Notes: a model not told the origin generated them from the letters alone. A DNA stretch of 64,000 bases from an uncultured Bifidobacteriaceae bacterium (GCA_964505725.1 CAZDJK010000048.1:690-64689); one strand, 5' to 3'. Positions 38,774 to 48,864 are shown, counted from the first letter of the stretch. Numbers and translations are program-made.

Positions 38774-39754
38774 GTGAGAGCGGTCACCGTCACGCCCGAG
38801 CGCGAGATCGTTGTGGCGATCCGGCCCGATCCGTCGCCGGGCCCGGGCGAGGTGCTGGTGCGGGTCGGGGGCGCGGGCCTCAACCGCGCCGACCTGGCCC
38901 AGCTCGCCGGCCGCTACCCCGCGCCGGCGGGCTCCTCCGCCGAGATCCCCGGGCTCGAGTTCGCGGGCGAGGTGCTCGCCCACGGTGAGGGCGTCAGCGA
39001 GCCGGCGGTCGGCACGAGGGTGTTCGGCATCACGGGCGGCGGCGGCCAGGCCGAGCTCCTCGCCGTCCCCGCAGTGCAGTGCGCGACGGTCCCCGACCGG
39101 CTCGACCCGGTCGAGGCGGGCGGTGTGCCCGAGGTGTTCGTCACCGCGCACGACGCGCTCGTCACCCAGGCGCAGCTCGCACCGGGTGAGACCGTCCTCG
39201 TGCACGCGGCGGGGTCGGGCGTGGGGACCGCGGCGGTCCAGCTCGCACGCGCGATGGGCTGCACCGTCGTCGGTACGTCGCGCACCGCCGCCAAGCTCGA
39301 ACGGTGCCGCGAGCTCGGGCTCGACCACGCGGTGGTCGCGCCCCAGGACCTCGACCCCGTTGCGCTGGCGGCCGCGGTCACCGACGCTGCGGGGCCGGTC
39401 GACGTGACCATCGACCTGGTCGGCGGCGCGTACGTGGAGGTCGACGTGCGCGTCGCGGCGCGACTCGGGCGGATCGTGCTCGTGGCGTCGCAGGCCGGAC
39501 CCCGCGCCGAGCTCGACATCGGCACGACGATGTTCAAACGGCTCCGCATCCACGGGACGGTGCTGCGCGCACGCCCCACGGAGGAGAAGGCGGCCGCGAC
39601 CCGCGCGTTCGAGCGCGACGTCGTGCCGCTGCTCGTGTCCGGAGCCGCCCGTCCGATCGTCGACCGGACGTTCGCGCTCGACGCCGCGGCCGACGCCTAC
39701 GAGCTCCTGGCCGACAACGCCGTGGTCGGGAAGGTCGTGCTCACCACCGGCTGA
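38774..39754 (+). CDS. NAD(P)H:quinone oxidoreductase (zeta-crystallin/MDR family)
   Basis: GLNRADL, PGLEFAG, PEVFVTAHDAL, HAAGSGVGTAAVQ and GTVLRAR motifs. Confidence 0.9.
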   Translation: MRAVTVTPEREIVVAIRPDPSPGPGEVLVRVGGAGLNRADLAQLAGRYPAPAGSSAEIPGLEFAGEVLAHGEGVSEPAVGTRVFGITGGGGQAELLAVPAVQCATVPDRLDPVEAGGVPEVFVTAHDALVTQAQLAPGETVLVHAAGSGVGTAAVQLARAMGCTVVGTSRTAAKLERCRELGLDHAVVAPQDLDPVALAAAVTDAAGPVDVTIDLVGGAYVEVDVRVAARLGRIVLVASQAGPRAELDIGTTMFKRLRIHGTVLRARPTEEKAAATRAFERDVVPLLVSGAARPIVDRTFALDAAADAYELLADNAVVGKVVLTTG

Positions 39755-39780
39755 TCGCGGCGAGGGTGCCTCCTCGCCGG

Positions 39781-40431
39781 TCAGCCGATGTAGACGGTGA
39801 TGCGGGTCGGGTCGCGCGCGGCATCGACCGCGAACGGCCGCCTGCCGTCGAGGCCGATGACCCAGTGGACGGCGCCGTCGCCGTCCGGGAGCTCGCGCAC
39901 GATGACCAGGTGGTGGTGCGCGCCGTAGCGGAGGAGCAGGTTGCCGCGGTAGGCGGCGACGGGATGCGCGGGATCGGTGGTGTCGACGCTCGCGGCCGGC
40001 TTCATGGTGATGTCGAGCCACGCGTTGCCGTCGAGCGCGATCTGCTGCGCGCCGTCGGCGAACTGGTTGGACGCCGCGTATCCCGCCGTGTAGCCGGGCG
40101 GCAGGTCCTGGTCCGCGAGGTTGCCGTCGCCCTCGGACCGGAACGTGAACTCGACCTGGTCGAGGCAGCCGTTCTCGCCCGCGGTGGCATCGACGAGCAG
40201 CCCCGGGACCGCGGGCCCGACCGACGAGCGCGCGCCGTCGGTGCCGTGGAAGCCGTCGCACCCCACGCCCGGCGCCGAGCTCGCCGGCGCGGCCCCGCGG
40301 GGCGCGGACGCCGACGTGGGAGCCGCGGTGGACGTCGGCGCCTCGGGCGCGGCCGACCCGCCCCCGCCGGTGCAGGCCGACGCCGCCAGCGCGAGCGCCG
40401 CGACCAGCAGCAGGCGCCCTCGGCGGACCAC
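39781..40431 (-). CDS. Lipoprotein with an AMIN-like domain
   Basis: Lipobox ALAASAC, Ala/Pro/Ser linker, DQVEFTF and WVIGLD motifs. Confidence 0.7.
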   Translation of the reverse strand: MVRRGRLLLVAALALAASACTGGGGSAAPEAPTSTAAPTSASAPRGAAPASSAPGVGCDGFHGTDGARSSVGPAVPGLLVDATAGENGCLDQVEFTFRSEGDGNLADQDLPPGYTAGYAASNQFADGAQQIALDGNAWLDITMKPAASVDTTDPAHPVAAYRGNLLLRYGAHHHLVIVRELPDGDGAVHWVIGLDGRRPFAVDAARDPTRITVYIG

Positions 40432-40525
40432 GGGTCGGCAGGTTAGACGCGCGCCGCCCCGGAATCGCGCGTCGCGCGACGCCTACGATCGAACCCTCCG
40501 TCCATCGGTGAAGGGTCCCGCGCGC

Positions 40526-41356
40526 ATGGGCACGCTCGTCGAACGGCTCGGGTACGCCGCGTCCACTCGGTGCCTGATCGTGAACTGCGACGACCTCGGG
40601 CTGACCCACTCGGCCAACGTCGCCGCCTACGAGGCGCTGCGCATCGGCGTGGCGACGAGCGCATCGCTGATGGTCCCCTGCCCGTGGGCTCGCGACGCCG
40701 CGAGCCGCTACCGGGGCGAGGACGTCGGCGTGCAGCTCACGCTCAACGCCGAGCTCGACACCTACCGTTGGGGGCCGATCACGCAGGCGCCGAGCCTCCT
40801 CGACGGCGACGGCGGCTTCCCGCGGACCGTCGCCGACGCGTGGGACCACGCGGACCTCGACGAGGTGCGGCGCGAGTGCCGGGCCCAGATCGAGCGGGCG
40901 ATCGTGTGGGGTTTCGACGTCACCCACCTCAGCAGCCACCTCGGCATGCTCGAGCCGCGCGCCGACTTCTTCGACGCGTACCTCGAGCTCGCGGTGGAGT
41001 TCCGCCTGCCCCTGCGGCTGGGCGACGCCCCCGCCGAGCGCGTGGCCGGATTCCCGTTCCGCCGCCTCGCCGCCGAGGAGGGCGTGGTGTTCCCCGACCG
41101 GGTGCTCGCGTGCCCGCCGGGAGGTGGCCGGCGGGTCGAGCGGCTCCTCTTCGACCTCGAGCCGGGCGTGACCGAGCTGTCACTGCACCCCGCGGCCGAC
41201 ACCGACGAGGTGCGCGCGGCGTGTGCGGACTGGGCGGGACGGGTGGAGGACTACCTGTACCTCACGCGCGACTCGTCGCTCCGCGAGCTCGTCGAGCGCG
41301 CGGGCGTTGTCCTCGTCGGGTGGCGCGAGCTCCGCGACCTGCAACGGGCCGGGTGA
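40526..41356 (+). CDS. YdjC/ChbG-like carbohydrate deacetylase
   Basis: LIVNCDDLG, SASLMVPCPW, THLSSH and TELSLHP motifs. Confidence 0.82.
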   Translation: MGTLVERLGYAASTRCLIVNCDDLGLTHSANVAAYEALRIGVATSASLMVPCPWARDAASRYRGEDVGVQLTLNAELDTYRWGPITQAPSLLDGDGGFPRTVADAWDHADLDEVRRECRAQIERAIVWGFDVTHLSSHLGMLEPRADFFDAYLELAVEFRLPLRLGDAPAERVAGFPFRRLAAEEGVVFPDRVLACPPGGGRRVERLLFDLEPGVTELSLHPAADTDEVRAACADWAGRVEDYLYLTRDSSLRELVERAGVVLVGWRELRDLQRAG

Positions 41357-41380
41357 TCGTCATCCGGGTGATCGTCATAC
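41351..41380. repeat. 15-bp tandem duplication at a convergent gene junction
   Basis: GGGTGATCGTCATCC followed by GGGTGATCGTCATAC. Confidence 0.8.
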
Positions 41381-41770
41381 GGTGCCGGTGATGCCCGCGA
41401 GCTCGGACCTCAGCTCCGCGTAGTCCGTCGTCGCGGTGGTGGCGAGCAACCTCAACAGCTTGCCCGGATCGCCCGCCGTCTTCATCCGTCCCTGCATGTA
41501 CGCGACGCTCGGGTCGAGCTCGCCCCGATACACCGCCACGGCCTCGGCGTACGGGAGGGTGAGGCTCACGTCGGCGTCGGCGAGCGCACCGGCGTCGAAT
41601 GCCTCGAGCGCGCCGTCGCGCAGGACCGCGTGCCACTGCACGTCGCCCTGGGGCGCGCCGGTCACGGTCACCGCGAGCCGCACATCGAACGCCGGCTCCT
41701 GCACCTTCACGCGGCGCTCGACGACGTCACGCGCCGCCGAGAACCAGTCGGTCGAGAGGAAGTCGGGCAT
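41375..41770 (-). CDS. SCP2 sterol/lipid-binding domain protein
   Basis: FLSTDW, LDPSVAYMQGRMKTAGD; TACGTT lies 6 nt before the ATG. Confidence 0.85.
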   Translation of the reverse strand: MPDFLSTDWFSAARDVVERRVKVQEPAFDVRLAVTVTGAPQGDVQWHAVLRDGALEAFDAGALADADVSLTLPYAEAVAVYRGELDPSVAYMQGRMKTAGDPGKLLRLLATTATTDYAELRSELAGITGTV

Positions 41771-41813
41771 CGCGCGAACGTAGCGGAGCACCCGCCTTGG
41801 GTACCCTCGCACG

Positions 41814-43355
41814 ATGCCCGGGCGTTCCCGTTGTGCCGCCGCGCTCGCGTTCGCACTCGCGCTCGCCCTTGCACTCGCCCTGTCGGGTACGGCCGCGGGC
41901 GCCGGCCCGTCCGACGGCACCTCGCCCGACCGCACCTCGCCCGACGGCGCCATCGCTTGGCGCGGCTGCGGCAACCACCTCCAGTGCGGGACGGTCACGG
42001 TCCCCGTCGACTACGCGCAGCCCTCGGGACCTTCGGTCGCGATCGCGGTGGCCCGCCGACCGGCGACCGACCGCGCCCGCCGCCTCGGCGCGGTCGTCGT
42101 GAACTTCGGCGGTCCCGGTGACGCGGGTACCCAGACCCTGCGCGACTTCGTCCCCGAGCTGCCCGCGGAGATTCGTTCCCGGTTCGACGTCGTCAGCTTC
42201 GATCCGCGGGGCACCGGGTCGTCACGGCCGGTGGTGTGCGTCACCAACGCGCAGGCGGACGCCCTCGCGGCCCAGGACCCGACGTCGAACGGCCCGTCTG
42301 ACCTGCGCGCGTTCTACGACGACTCCAACGCGCCGGTCGACCTCGACCAGGGCTGCATCGACCGGAACGGGCCGTGGTTGGCCGACGTCGGGACCCGCGA
42401 CGTCGCGCGCGACATGGACCGGATCCGCGCCGCGCTCGGCGAGCAGCGGCTCGACTACCTCGGCTATTCGTACGGCACCGTGCTCGGCGCGGTGTACGCG
42501 CAGATGTACCCCTCCCGGGTCGGGCGGTTCGTGCTCGACTCCCCCGTCGACCTGTCGTCGAACGCGCAGCAGGGCCTCGAGGACGACGCCGCCGGGTTCG
42601 AGCACGCGCTCGACCGCTTCCTCAGCGACTGCGCGTCGCGGTCGAGCTGCCCGTTCCACTCCCACGGCGACCCCGCAGCGGCGCTGCGCACGCTCCAGCA
42701 GCGCTTCGAGGCCGGGCTCACCGTTCCCACCTTCGACTCGAAGGGGCATCCCAGCGCTCGTCGCGTCGGTGTCGGCGGGTTCTACACCGCGATCATCTCC
42801 GCGCTCTACGACCGCGCCTTCGGGTGGCCGGCGCTCGCCCAGGGCCTGGCGCAGGCACGCGCGGGGAACGGCGGCATCCTCCAGGTCCTGGCCGACGAGT
42901 ACAACGGGCGTCACGACGACGGTACCTACGACAACATCTCCGAGGTCATAGGCGTGATCCTGTGCGACGACCGGCCCGATGCGGTCCCGACGTTCGACCA
43001 GTTCGTGGCCGAGCACGACGCGCTGGCCCGCCGCTACCCGTTCCTCGGCAACCTGGTCGGGAGCACACCGGTCGGTTGTGATCCTCGGCTGCCGCGGCCG
43101 CCGGCGTCGGAGGCCGTGGGCGAGGTGCGGGTCGCCGGCATCCCCCACGTCCTCGTCGTCGGCACGACCGCCGACCCTGCCACCCCGTACGCGGGCGCGA
43201 TCGACCTCGAGCACCGGTTGGCGGGTTCTCGCCTCCTCACCTTCGTCAGCACCGAGCACACCGCGTACCCGAAGAGCTCTTGTGTCGACGCCGCGGTCGA
43301 CGGGTACCTCGAACGCGGTGCGCTCCCGCGTGCCGTCACCCGCTGCAGTTCCTGA
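41814..43355 (+). CDS. Secreted alpha/beta hydrolase (TAP-like tripeptidyl aminopeptidase family)
   Basis: Signal peptide; VPVDYA, NFGGPG, FDPRGTG, GYSYGT, DPATPY and EH motifs. Confidence 0.9.
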   Translation: MPGRSRCAAALAFALALALALALSGTAAGAGPSDGTSPDRTSPDGAIAWRGCGNHLQCGTVTVPVDYAQPSGPSVAIAVARRPATDRARRLGAVVVNFGGPGDAGTQTLRDFVPELPAEIRSRFDVVSFDPRGTGSSRPVVCVTNAQADALAAQDPTSNGPSDLRAFYDDSNAPVDLDQGCIDRNGPWLADVGTRDVARDMDRIRAALGEQRLDYLGYSYGTVLGAVYAQMYPSRVGRFVLDSPVDLSSNAQQGLEDDAAGFEHALDRFLSDCASRSSCPFHSHGDPAAALRTLQQRFEAGLTVPTFDSKGHPSARRVGVGGFYTAIISALYDRAFGWPALAQGLAQARAGNGGILQVLADEYNGRHDDGTYDNISEVIGVILCDDRPDAVPTFDQFVAEHDALARRYPFLGNLVGSTPVGCDPRLPRPPASEAVGEVRVAGIPHVLVVGTTADPATPYAGAIDLEHRLAGSRLLTFVSTEHTAYPKSSCVDAAVDGYLERGALPRAVTRCSS

Positions 43356-43367
43356 GCGCCCGCCGGC

Positions 43368-45785
43368 CTACTCGTCGGGGACGGGTGCAACCGCGCGTCG
43401 GTGGGCGACGACGCGGCTCAGGCGCCAGCCGACCTCCAGGAGCACGATCGCAACCCCGGCGACGATGCTCGCCTCGCCCACGACCTTCGCCGGCGGGAAC
43501 TCGAGCGCGTAGAAGTCGTTCAGCGCGGGCACCACGATGATGACGGCCACCGACGCGACCATCGCCGCGACGAGCAGCGTCTTCCACCAGTTGAAGGGGC
43601 GCGCCTGCAGCACGAGCACCCAGAGCCCGACTGCGGTGAGCACGAGCGTCGCCGTCGTGCGCGATTCCGGCACCCCGAGGTCGTTGCCGTACCGCGCGAT
43701 ACCGTAGCTGACGAGCGCGGCGGCGGCGGCCACCGTGCCGGCGGGAATTGTGAAGCGCAGCACCCGCACGAGGAAGCCGGGGATGTAGCGCCGCGAGTTC
43801 GGCGCGAGGGCGAGGAAGAAGCCCGGTATCCCGATCGTGAAGGTGCTCACGATGGTCAGGTGACGCGGCAGGAACGGATAGCGCCAGCCCGCGATCACGA
43901 CCGCGACGGCGATGAGCGCGGCGTACACGGTCTTGGTCACGAACAGGTTCGCCGACCGCTCGATGTTGGCGATCACACGCCGGCCCTCGGCCACGACCCC
44001 GGGCATGGTCGCGAACCGGCCGTCGAGGAGGACGAGCTGGGCGACGGCGCGGGTGGCGGCGGCGCCCGAGCCCATGGCGACGCCGATGTCGGCGTCCTTC
44101 AGGGCGAGAGCATCGTTCACGCCGTCACCGGTCATCGCGACCACGTGACCCCGTGACTGGAGCGCACCCACGATCGCCCGCTTCTGCTGCGGGGTGACGC
44201 GGCCGAACACGGAGTGCTCCTCGAGCGTGTCCGCGAGCGCCCCACGGTCGTCGGGGAGCTCGCGCGCGTCGTAGCCGCCGTCGGCACCTGGGAGCTCGAC
44301 GCGCGCCGCGACCGCGGCGACCGTGCGCGGGTTGTCGCCCGAGATGACCTTCAGAGCGACGCCCTGGTCGTGGAAGTAGCGTAGGGTGTCGGCGGCGTCG
44401 GGGCGGATCTTCTCCGCCAGCATCACGAGCGCGACCGGCTCGAGGCCGGGCGGCAGCGACTCGGCGCCCGGGTCGGTGACGAGCGGCGCATCGGTGCGCG
44501 CGAGCACGAGCACGCGCCGGCCCGCGGCGGCGAGCTCGTCGGCCCGGCGCCGGACGGGAAGCGCCACGTCGGCGAACACCATCTCCGGCGCGCCCATCAC
44601 CCACGTACCGTGCGTGCCGAAGCTCGCGGCGCTCCACTTGCGCGCCGACGAGAACGGGATCGCCGCCGTGCGCACCCAGCCCGACGGCGCGGCGAACGCC
44701 GCGGCGAGCGCGCTGAGCGTGGCGTTGCGGTTCTCGTCGGCGGCGAGCGCGCCCAGCGCGGCCGGTGCCTCGGCACCCGCTACCGCACTGGCGTCGAGCA
44801 CCTCCAGCTCGTCGAACTCGATCTCTCCCTCGGTGAGGGTGCCGGTCTTGTCGAGGCACACGACGTCGACGCGGGCGAGGCCCTCGACCGCAGGGAGCTC
44901 CTGCACCAGCACCTGCCGCCGCGCCAGGGTCAACGCGCCGACCATGAACGCAATGCTCGTCAACAGCACCAGCCCCTCCGGGACCATGCCGACCACGCCC
45001 GCCACCGTCGACCGCAGCGCCTCGTCGAGCGGGTTGTCCTGGAGCTGGCTCCAGATCAGGAGCGCCGACACCGGGATGATGACGTAGGTGACGATGCGCA
45101 GGATGGTGTTGATGCCCGCCATCAGCTCGGAGCTGGTGAGAGTGAAGCGCCGCGCCTCCGCCGCCAGCTTCGCCGCATAGGAGTCGGCGCCGACACGGGT
45201 CGCCTGGAACCGGCCGGCACCCGCGACCACGAAGCTCCCCGACAGCACCTCGTCGCCCCGATCCTTCGACTGCGCGTCGCTCTCGCCGGTGAGGAGCGAC
45301 TCGTCCACCTCAAGGCCGTCGGCGCCGTGCACGTCGCCGTCGCAGGGGATCTGGTCACCGCTGCGCAGCGAGAGCAGGTCGTCGAGCACGACGTCCTCGA
45401 CCGCGATCTCCCGTTCGACGCCGTCGCGCACCACGCGCGCGCGCGGCGCGCTCAGGACTGCCAGCCGGTCGAGGGTGCGCTTGGCCCGCACCTCCTGGAC
45501 GATCCCGATGAGGGCGTTGGCCACCAGCACCACGCCGAAGGTCGCGTCCTGGATCGGGCCGACGACCAGGATCACCACGAGCATGGTGCCGAGGATGGCG
45601 TTGAAGCGGGTGAACACGTTCGCCCGCACGATCTCGCCCAGGGTGCGGCTCGTCCGCGCGCCGGCGTCGTTCACCTGCCCGCGCGCGACCCGCTCCTCGA
45701 CCTGCGCGCGGGTCAGTCCGCCGTCGGGCGTCACCGCGCGCGGCGTCGCCGGCGTGCTCAGCGTGTCGGCGAGCGACTCGGCCAC
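43368..45785 (-). CDS. ctpE: P-type cation-transporting ATPase, CtpE-like
   Basis: DESLLTGES, PEGL, DKTGTLT, GDN and TGDGVND motifs. Confidence 0.88.
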   Translation of the reverse strand: MAESLADTLSTPATPRAVTPDGGLTRAQVEERVARGQVNDAGARTSRTLGEIVRANVFTRFNAILGTMLVVILVVGPIQDATFGVVLVANALIGIVQEVRAKRTLDRLAVLSAPRARVVRDGVEREIAVEDVVLDDLLSLRSGDQIPCDGDVHGADGLEVDESLLTGESDAQSKDRGDEVLSGSFVVAGAGRFQATRVGADSYAAKLAAEARRFTLTSSELMAGINTILRIVTYVIIPVSALLIWSQLQDNPLDEALRSTVAGVVGMVPEGLVLLTSIAFMVGALTLARRQVLVQELPAVEGLARVDVVCLDKTGTLTEGEIEFDELEVLDASAVAGAEAPAALGALAADENRNATLSALAAAFAAPSGWVRTAAIPFSSARKWSAASFGTHGTWVMGAPEMVFADVALPVRRRADELAAAGRRVLVLARTDAPLVTDPGAESLPPGLEPVALVMLAEKIRPDAADTLRYFHDQGVALKVISGDNPRTVAAVAARVELPGADGGYDARELPDDRGALADTLEEHSVFGRVTPQQKRAIVGALQSRGHVVAMTGDGVNDALALKDADIGVAMGSGAAATRAVAQLVLLDGRFATMPGVVAEGRRVIANIERSANLFVTKTVYAALIAVAVVIAGWRYPFLPRHLTIVSTFTIGIPGFFLALAPNSRRYIPGFLVRVLRFTIPAGTVAAAAALVSYGIARYGNDLGVPESRTTATLVLTAVGLWVLVLQARPFNWWKTLLVAAMVASVAVIIVVPALNDFYALEFPPAKVVGEASIVAGVAIVLLEVGWRLSRVVAHRRAVAPVPDE

Positions 45786-45861
45786 TGCAAGACGCTAACC
45801 GGCCCTCCGTCCGCGTTCGACGCAGACGAGCGCCCGCGCACGAAGTGGTACGCCCGCCGGG

Positions 45862-47112
45862 TCAGCGGCTCCCGGGGGCGCGGGCGGGGACGAGTGCGAT
45901 CTCGCCGGTGGCGTCGTCCTCGAGCACCCGGAAACCGCCCATCTCCGCGAAGCGCTCGCGGCCCTCGTCGGGACCCGAGCCGATGAGCTCGTCGCCGGCC
46001 TGCAGCCGCACCGATCCGCGCGGCCGATAGAGGTAGCGCCCGGCCCGGCGGATCGCGAGAAGGTAGTAGCCGGTCTCGAGCTCGATCTTGGCCTCGGCGA
46101 CCGTGCGCCCGTCGAGGAACGACCCGGGCGACACCGGAACCCGCGCGATCACCTCGTCGCTCTCGCCGAGCGCGATGCCGAGGATCGGGTGCATCTCCTC
46201 GCCCTCCTCGACCAGCCACACCATCTGCTGCGCGGCGTCGCCCAGCTCCTCCGCGGCACCCCCGAGATGGAGCAGCCCCCGCAACGGTGACGGCTCGATC
46301 TGCTCCGACGCCGCCCGCAGCACCCAGACCTCGAGCCGCTCGCGCATCTCGTCGAGCCGGTCCTCCAGGCTGTTGACCTCGGCGGCGAGGCTCTGGTCGT
46401 TGAACAGCAGCGCGGAGTACGCGAGCCCGATCGCGACCTCGGACACGTTCTTCATCTCGACGAGCACGTCGACCGCGCGGTCGAGGTCGGTGATGACGGC
46501 GGGATCGTCGTCGGTGCCCGGCGGCCGCCACTCGGGCGCGCCCGCCAGCTCGCGCAGCTCGGCGATGCCTCCGGCCGGGCCCCGCAGGATCAGCACGTCG
46601 TCGGCGACGAGCATGTCCTCGCCGTCGGGGTCGATGACCCACTCCTTGCCCCGCCGCAGGGCGACCACCCGCATGCCCACCTCGATCGGCAGCTCGAGCT
46701 CGGCCAGCGACCGCCCGGCGAGCGCCGACTCGGGGCGCACCCGCACGCGGTGCGAAACCTCCTCCGCGGCGGCGAGGTCGGCGACGAGACCCGCAGGGAT
46801 CCCGAGGCGATGGGTGACGATGCGAGAGATGTTGACGGCCGCGTTCCCCATGCGCTCGATCGCGGCGAGCACGTGCAGCACGCTCGACATCTCTTCGGCG
46901 TCGCGGGGCGATCGGGCCGCGAGCACGCACACCTCGCGCATCGCGTGCGCGAGGTCCTCGAGCCGCTCCTCGAGGTCGTGCACCTCGTCGGCCATCCGCT
47001 CGTCGCCGAAGAACAGCGCCGCGTACGCGAGGTCGACCATGAGCTCGGAGGTGTCCTTCGCCTCCGACAACATGGCCTTCAGGGTTCTGGGAGGTTTGTC
47101 GTCTGCTGACAT
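45862..47112 (-). CDS. Tandem (PhoU-like + TrkA_C/RCK_C) x2 protein
   Basis: MVDLAYAALFF...EVHDLEERL and a second MKNVSEVAIGLAYSAL repeat, each followed by an RCK_C (LAGRSLAEL; LDGRTVAEA). Confidence 0.8.
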   Translation of the reverse strand: MSADDKPPRTLKAMLSEAKDTSELMVDLAYAALFFGDERMADEVHDLEERLEDLAHAMREVCVLAARSPRDAEEMSSVLHVLAAIERMGNAAVNISRIVTHRLGIPAGLVADLAAAEEVSHRVRVRPESALAGRSLAELELPIEVGMRVVALRRGKEWVIDPDGEDMLVADDVLILRGPAGGIAELRELAGAPEWRPPGTDDDPAVITDLDRAVDVLVEMKNVSEVAIGLAYSALLFNDQSLAAEVNSLEDRLDEMRERLEVWVLRAASEQIEPSPLRGLLHLGGAAEELGDAAQQMVWLVEEGEEMHPILGIALGESDEVIARVPVSPGSFLDGRTVAEAKIELETGYYLLAIRRAGRYLYRPRGSVRLQAGDELIGSGPDEGRERFAEMGGFRVLEDDATGEIALVPARAPGSR

Positions 47113-47154
47113 CGGGTCCCGGCTCGGAGCCGCGTGCGGGTCAGGATAGACCGC

Positions 47155-48390
47155 TCAGGTCAGGCCGAGGGCCACGATCGCGAGGATCAGGGCCACCGCG
47201 CCCAGGAGGTCCAGGCTCGACGTGACGATCGGGATCCCGTGGTTGTCGGGGTCGAGGCCGAGCCGGTAGGCGGCCACCGCGCCGTAGAAGCCGACGAGCA
47301 CCGCGAAGGTCGTGGCAACGGCGCCGGCCAGCATCGACACCGCGATCATCTCGAGGCTTCCCGGGCTCTTCAGCCCGGCCGCGTACCCGGCGATGTCGGC
47401 CGAGATCCCGAGGAGCAGGAACACGGGTACCGCGTACATGTACACGAGGAGGATGTCCTCCCCGACCGCCCGGAGGCTCCCCCGGCCCGGCTCCAGGATG
47501 CCGAGGTGCAGCTTGGTGGACACGCGGGCGCTGAGGATGCCGCCGAGGGCACCGGAGTCCTCGAGGAACGGCGGCACGAGCACCAGGAGCGCCGGGAACA
47601 CGAGGAACGCGTTGAAGCGCTTCTCGATCGTCAACCCGGCGACCACGTCGACCGCGCCCGCGATGGTGAGGATCGGGAGCGACTCCCGCGCGATGCGCCG
47701 CAGGATCGGTGCCTTCGAGCGCACGCTCGCCACGAGCGCGCCGATGCCCGCCACGCTGCACGCGATCGCGACGACGGAAGTGACCCACGGCAGCCCGACG
47801 AGGTACGTCGCCAGAAACAGGGCCGGCAGCGTGACCATGTCGCCGGCCGCGGTGACGATGGGCGACGAGACGTTGTCGAGGTCCCACGAACGCTGCACGC
47901 TGAGCGTCGCCACCGCGACCGTGATGCCCATCACCACGATCGAGGACAGGAAGCCCCCGATCACCGAGATCACGACGAAGTCGGCGATCGAGATCGTGTT
48001 CTCCACCCCGAACGCCACCGACATCGCCTTGGCCAGGATCGCGAGGACGAGCGAGATCGAGAGCGACATCGACAGTGCCGCCGCCAGGTTCTGGCCCACG
48101 ATCGTGTCCCGGCGCCGCGACAGCTGGAAGGTGCCCGTGTGCACCGCGGTGCCGAGCCGGCTGCCGAGCGCGCCGAACACGTTGCCCCGCATGCCGATCG
48201 CCGCGGGGACGAGGACGAGCAGGCCGGGGAGCGACTCGAGCGTGCCGGTGATCGACCCGAGCGTCAGCCCGGCGAGGAGGTCACCGCCCGAGCTGAGCAG
48301 GAGCGCGACGAACCCGGCTCGGACCCCGGCGGCGTCCGAGCGCAACAACGCGCGAAAGCGCGTCGCGACGGCTCGCCATGAACGCAGCAT
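47155..48390 (-). CDS. MgtE/SLC41-type divalent cation transporter with two integral MgtE repeats and no CBS domains
   Basis: LVPAAIGMRGNVFG, WDLDNVSSPIVTAAGD and GLDPDNHGIPIVTSSLD motifs. Confidence 0.85.
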   Translation of the reverse strand: MLRSWRAVATRFRALLRSDAAGVRAGFVALLLSSGGDLLAGLTLGSITGTLESLPGLLVLVPAAIGMRGNVFGALGSRLGTAVHTGTFQLSRRRDTIVGQNLAAALSMSLSISLVLAILAKAMSVAFGVENTISIADFVVISVIGGFLSSIVVMGITVAVATLSVQRSWDLDNVSSPIVTAAGDMVTLPALFLATYLVGLPWVTSVVAIACSVAGIGALVASVRSKAPILRRIARESLPILTIAGAVDVVAGLTIEKRFNAFLVFPALLVLVPPFLEDSGALGGILSARVSTKLHLGILEPGRGSLRAVGEDILLVYMYAVPVFLLLGISADIAGYAAGLKSPGSLEMIAVSMLAGAVATTFAVLVGFYGAVAAYRLGLDPDNHGIPIVTSSLDLLGAVALILAIVALGLT

Positions 48391-48554
48391 CGGTACTCGG
48401 AGGCTCGTTCAATCCCTGCACGCTCCTCGAACGGCGCCAAAGGCTACCGGTTCGCGCCACGTTGCCGCGTCGCCGCGCCGCGCGCGCTCCTCGCACGTTC
48501 CCACCGTGCTTGGTTGTCAAGGTGCGGGTGTGTCGGTGCCCGTGCGCGTCCGCC

Positions 48555-48821
48555 TCACGGCCCGGCACGAGGGTCGGACCCGCGCCACTCGGTGACCGGA
48601 ACGAGCTGCAGGCCGTGGGGGAGGTTGGGATTGCCCGCGAGCATCCACGGGCCCTGGGGTGCCAGACGGCGATGGCAACGCGAGCACACCGCGGCGAGGT
48701 TGGCGAGGTCGTTGCCGCCGCCCCGGGTCACTGTGAGCTCCTCCACCCGCAACCGGCGTTGCTCGCGAACGAGCTCGTCACGGCGCCGCAGCTCGTCGAG
48801 ATGCTCGTTCACTTCGAACAT
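48555..48821 (-). pseudogene. Internally deleted DUF222/HNH endonuclease remnant
   Basis: MFE... N-terminal helix joined directly to the HNH tail GGGNDLANLAAVCSRCHRRL; no first His motif. Confidence 0.55.
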
Positions 48822-48829
48822 GCCTTCAT
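48814..48829. promoter_or_regulatory. Degenerate LexA (SOS) box
   Basis: TCGAAC-ATGC-CTTCAT overlapping the ATG; one perfect half-site. Confidence 0.35.
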
Positions 48830-48864
48830 CCAATCATGGTGGTACGACATTCATCCCGCGTCGG

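Noticed and set aside
48391-48554. M-box (ykoK) riboswitch upstream of the MgtE-type gene
   Set aside because: No recognisable M-box core motifs.
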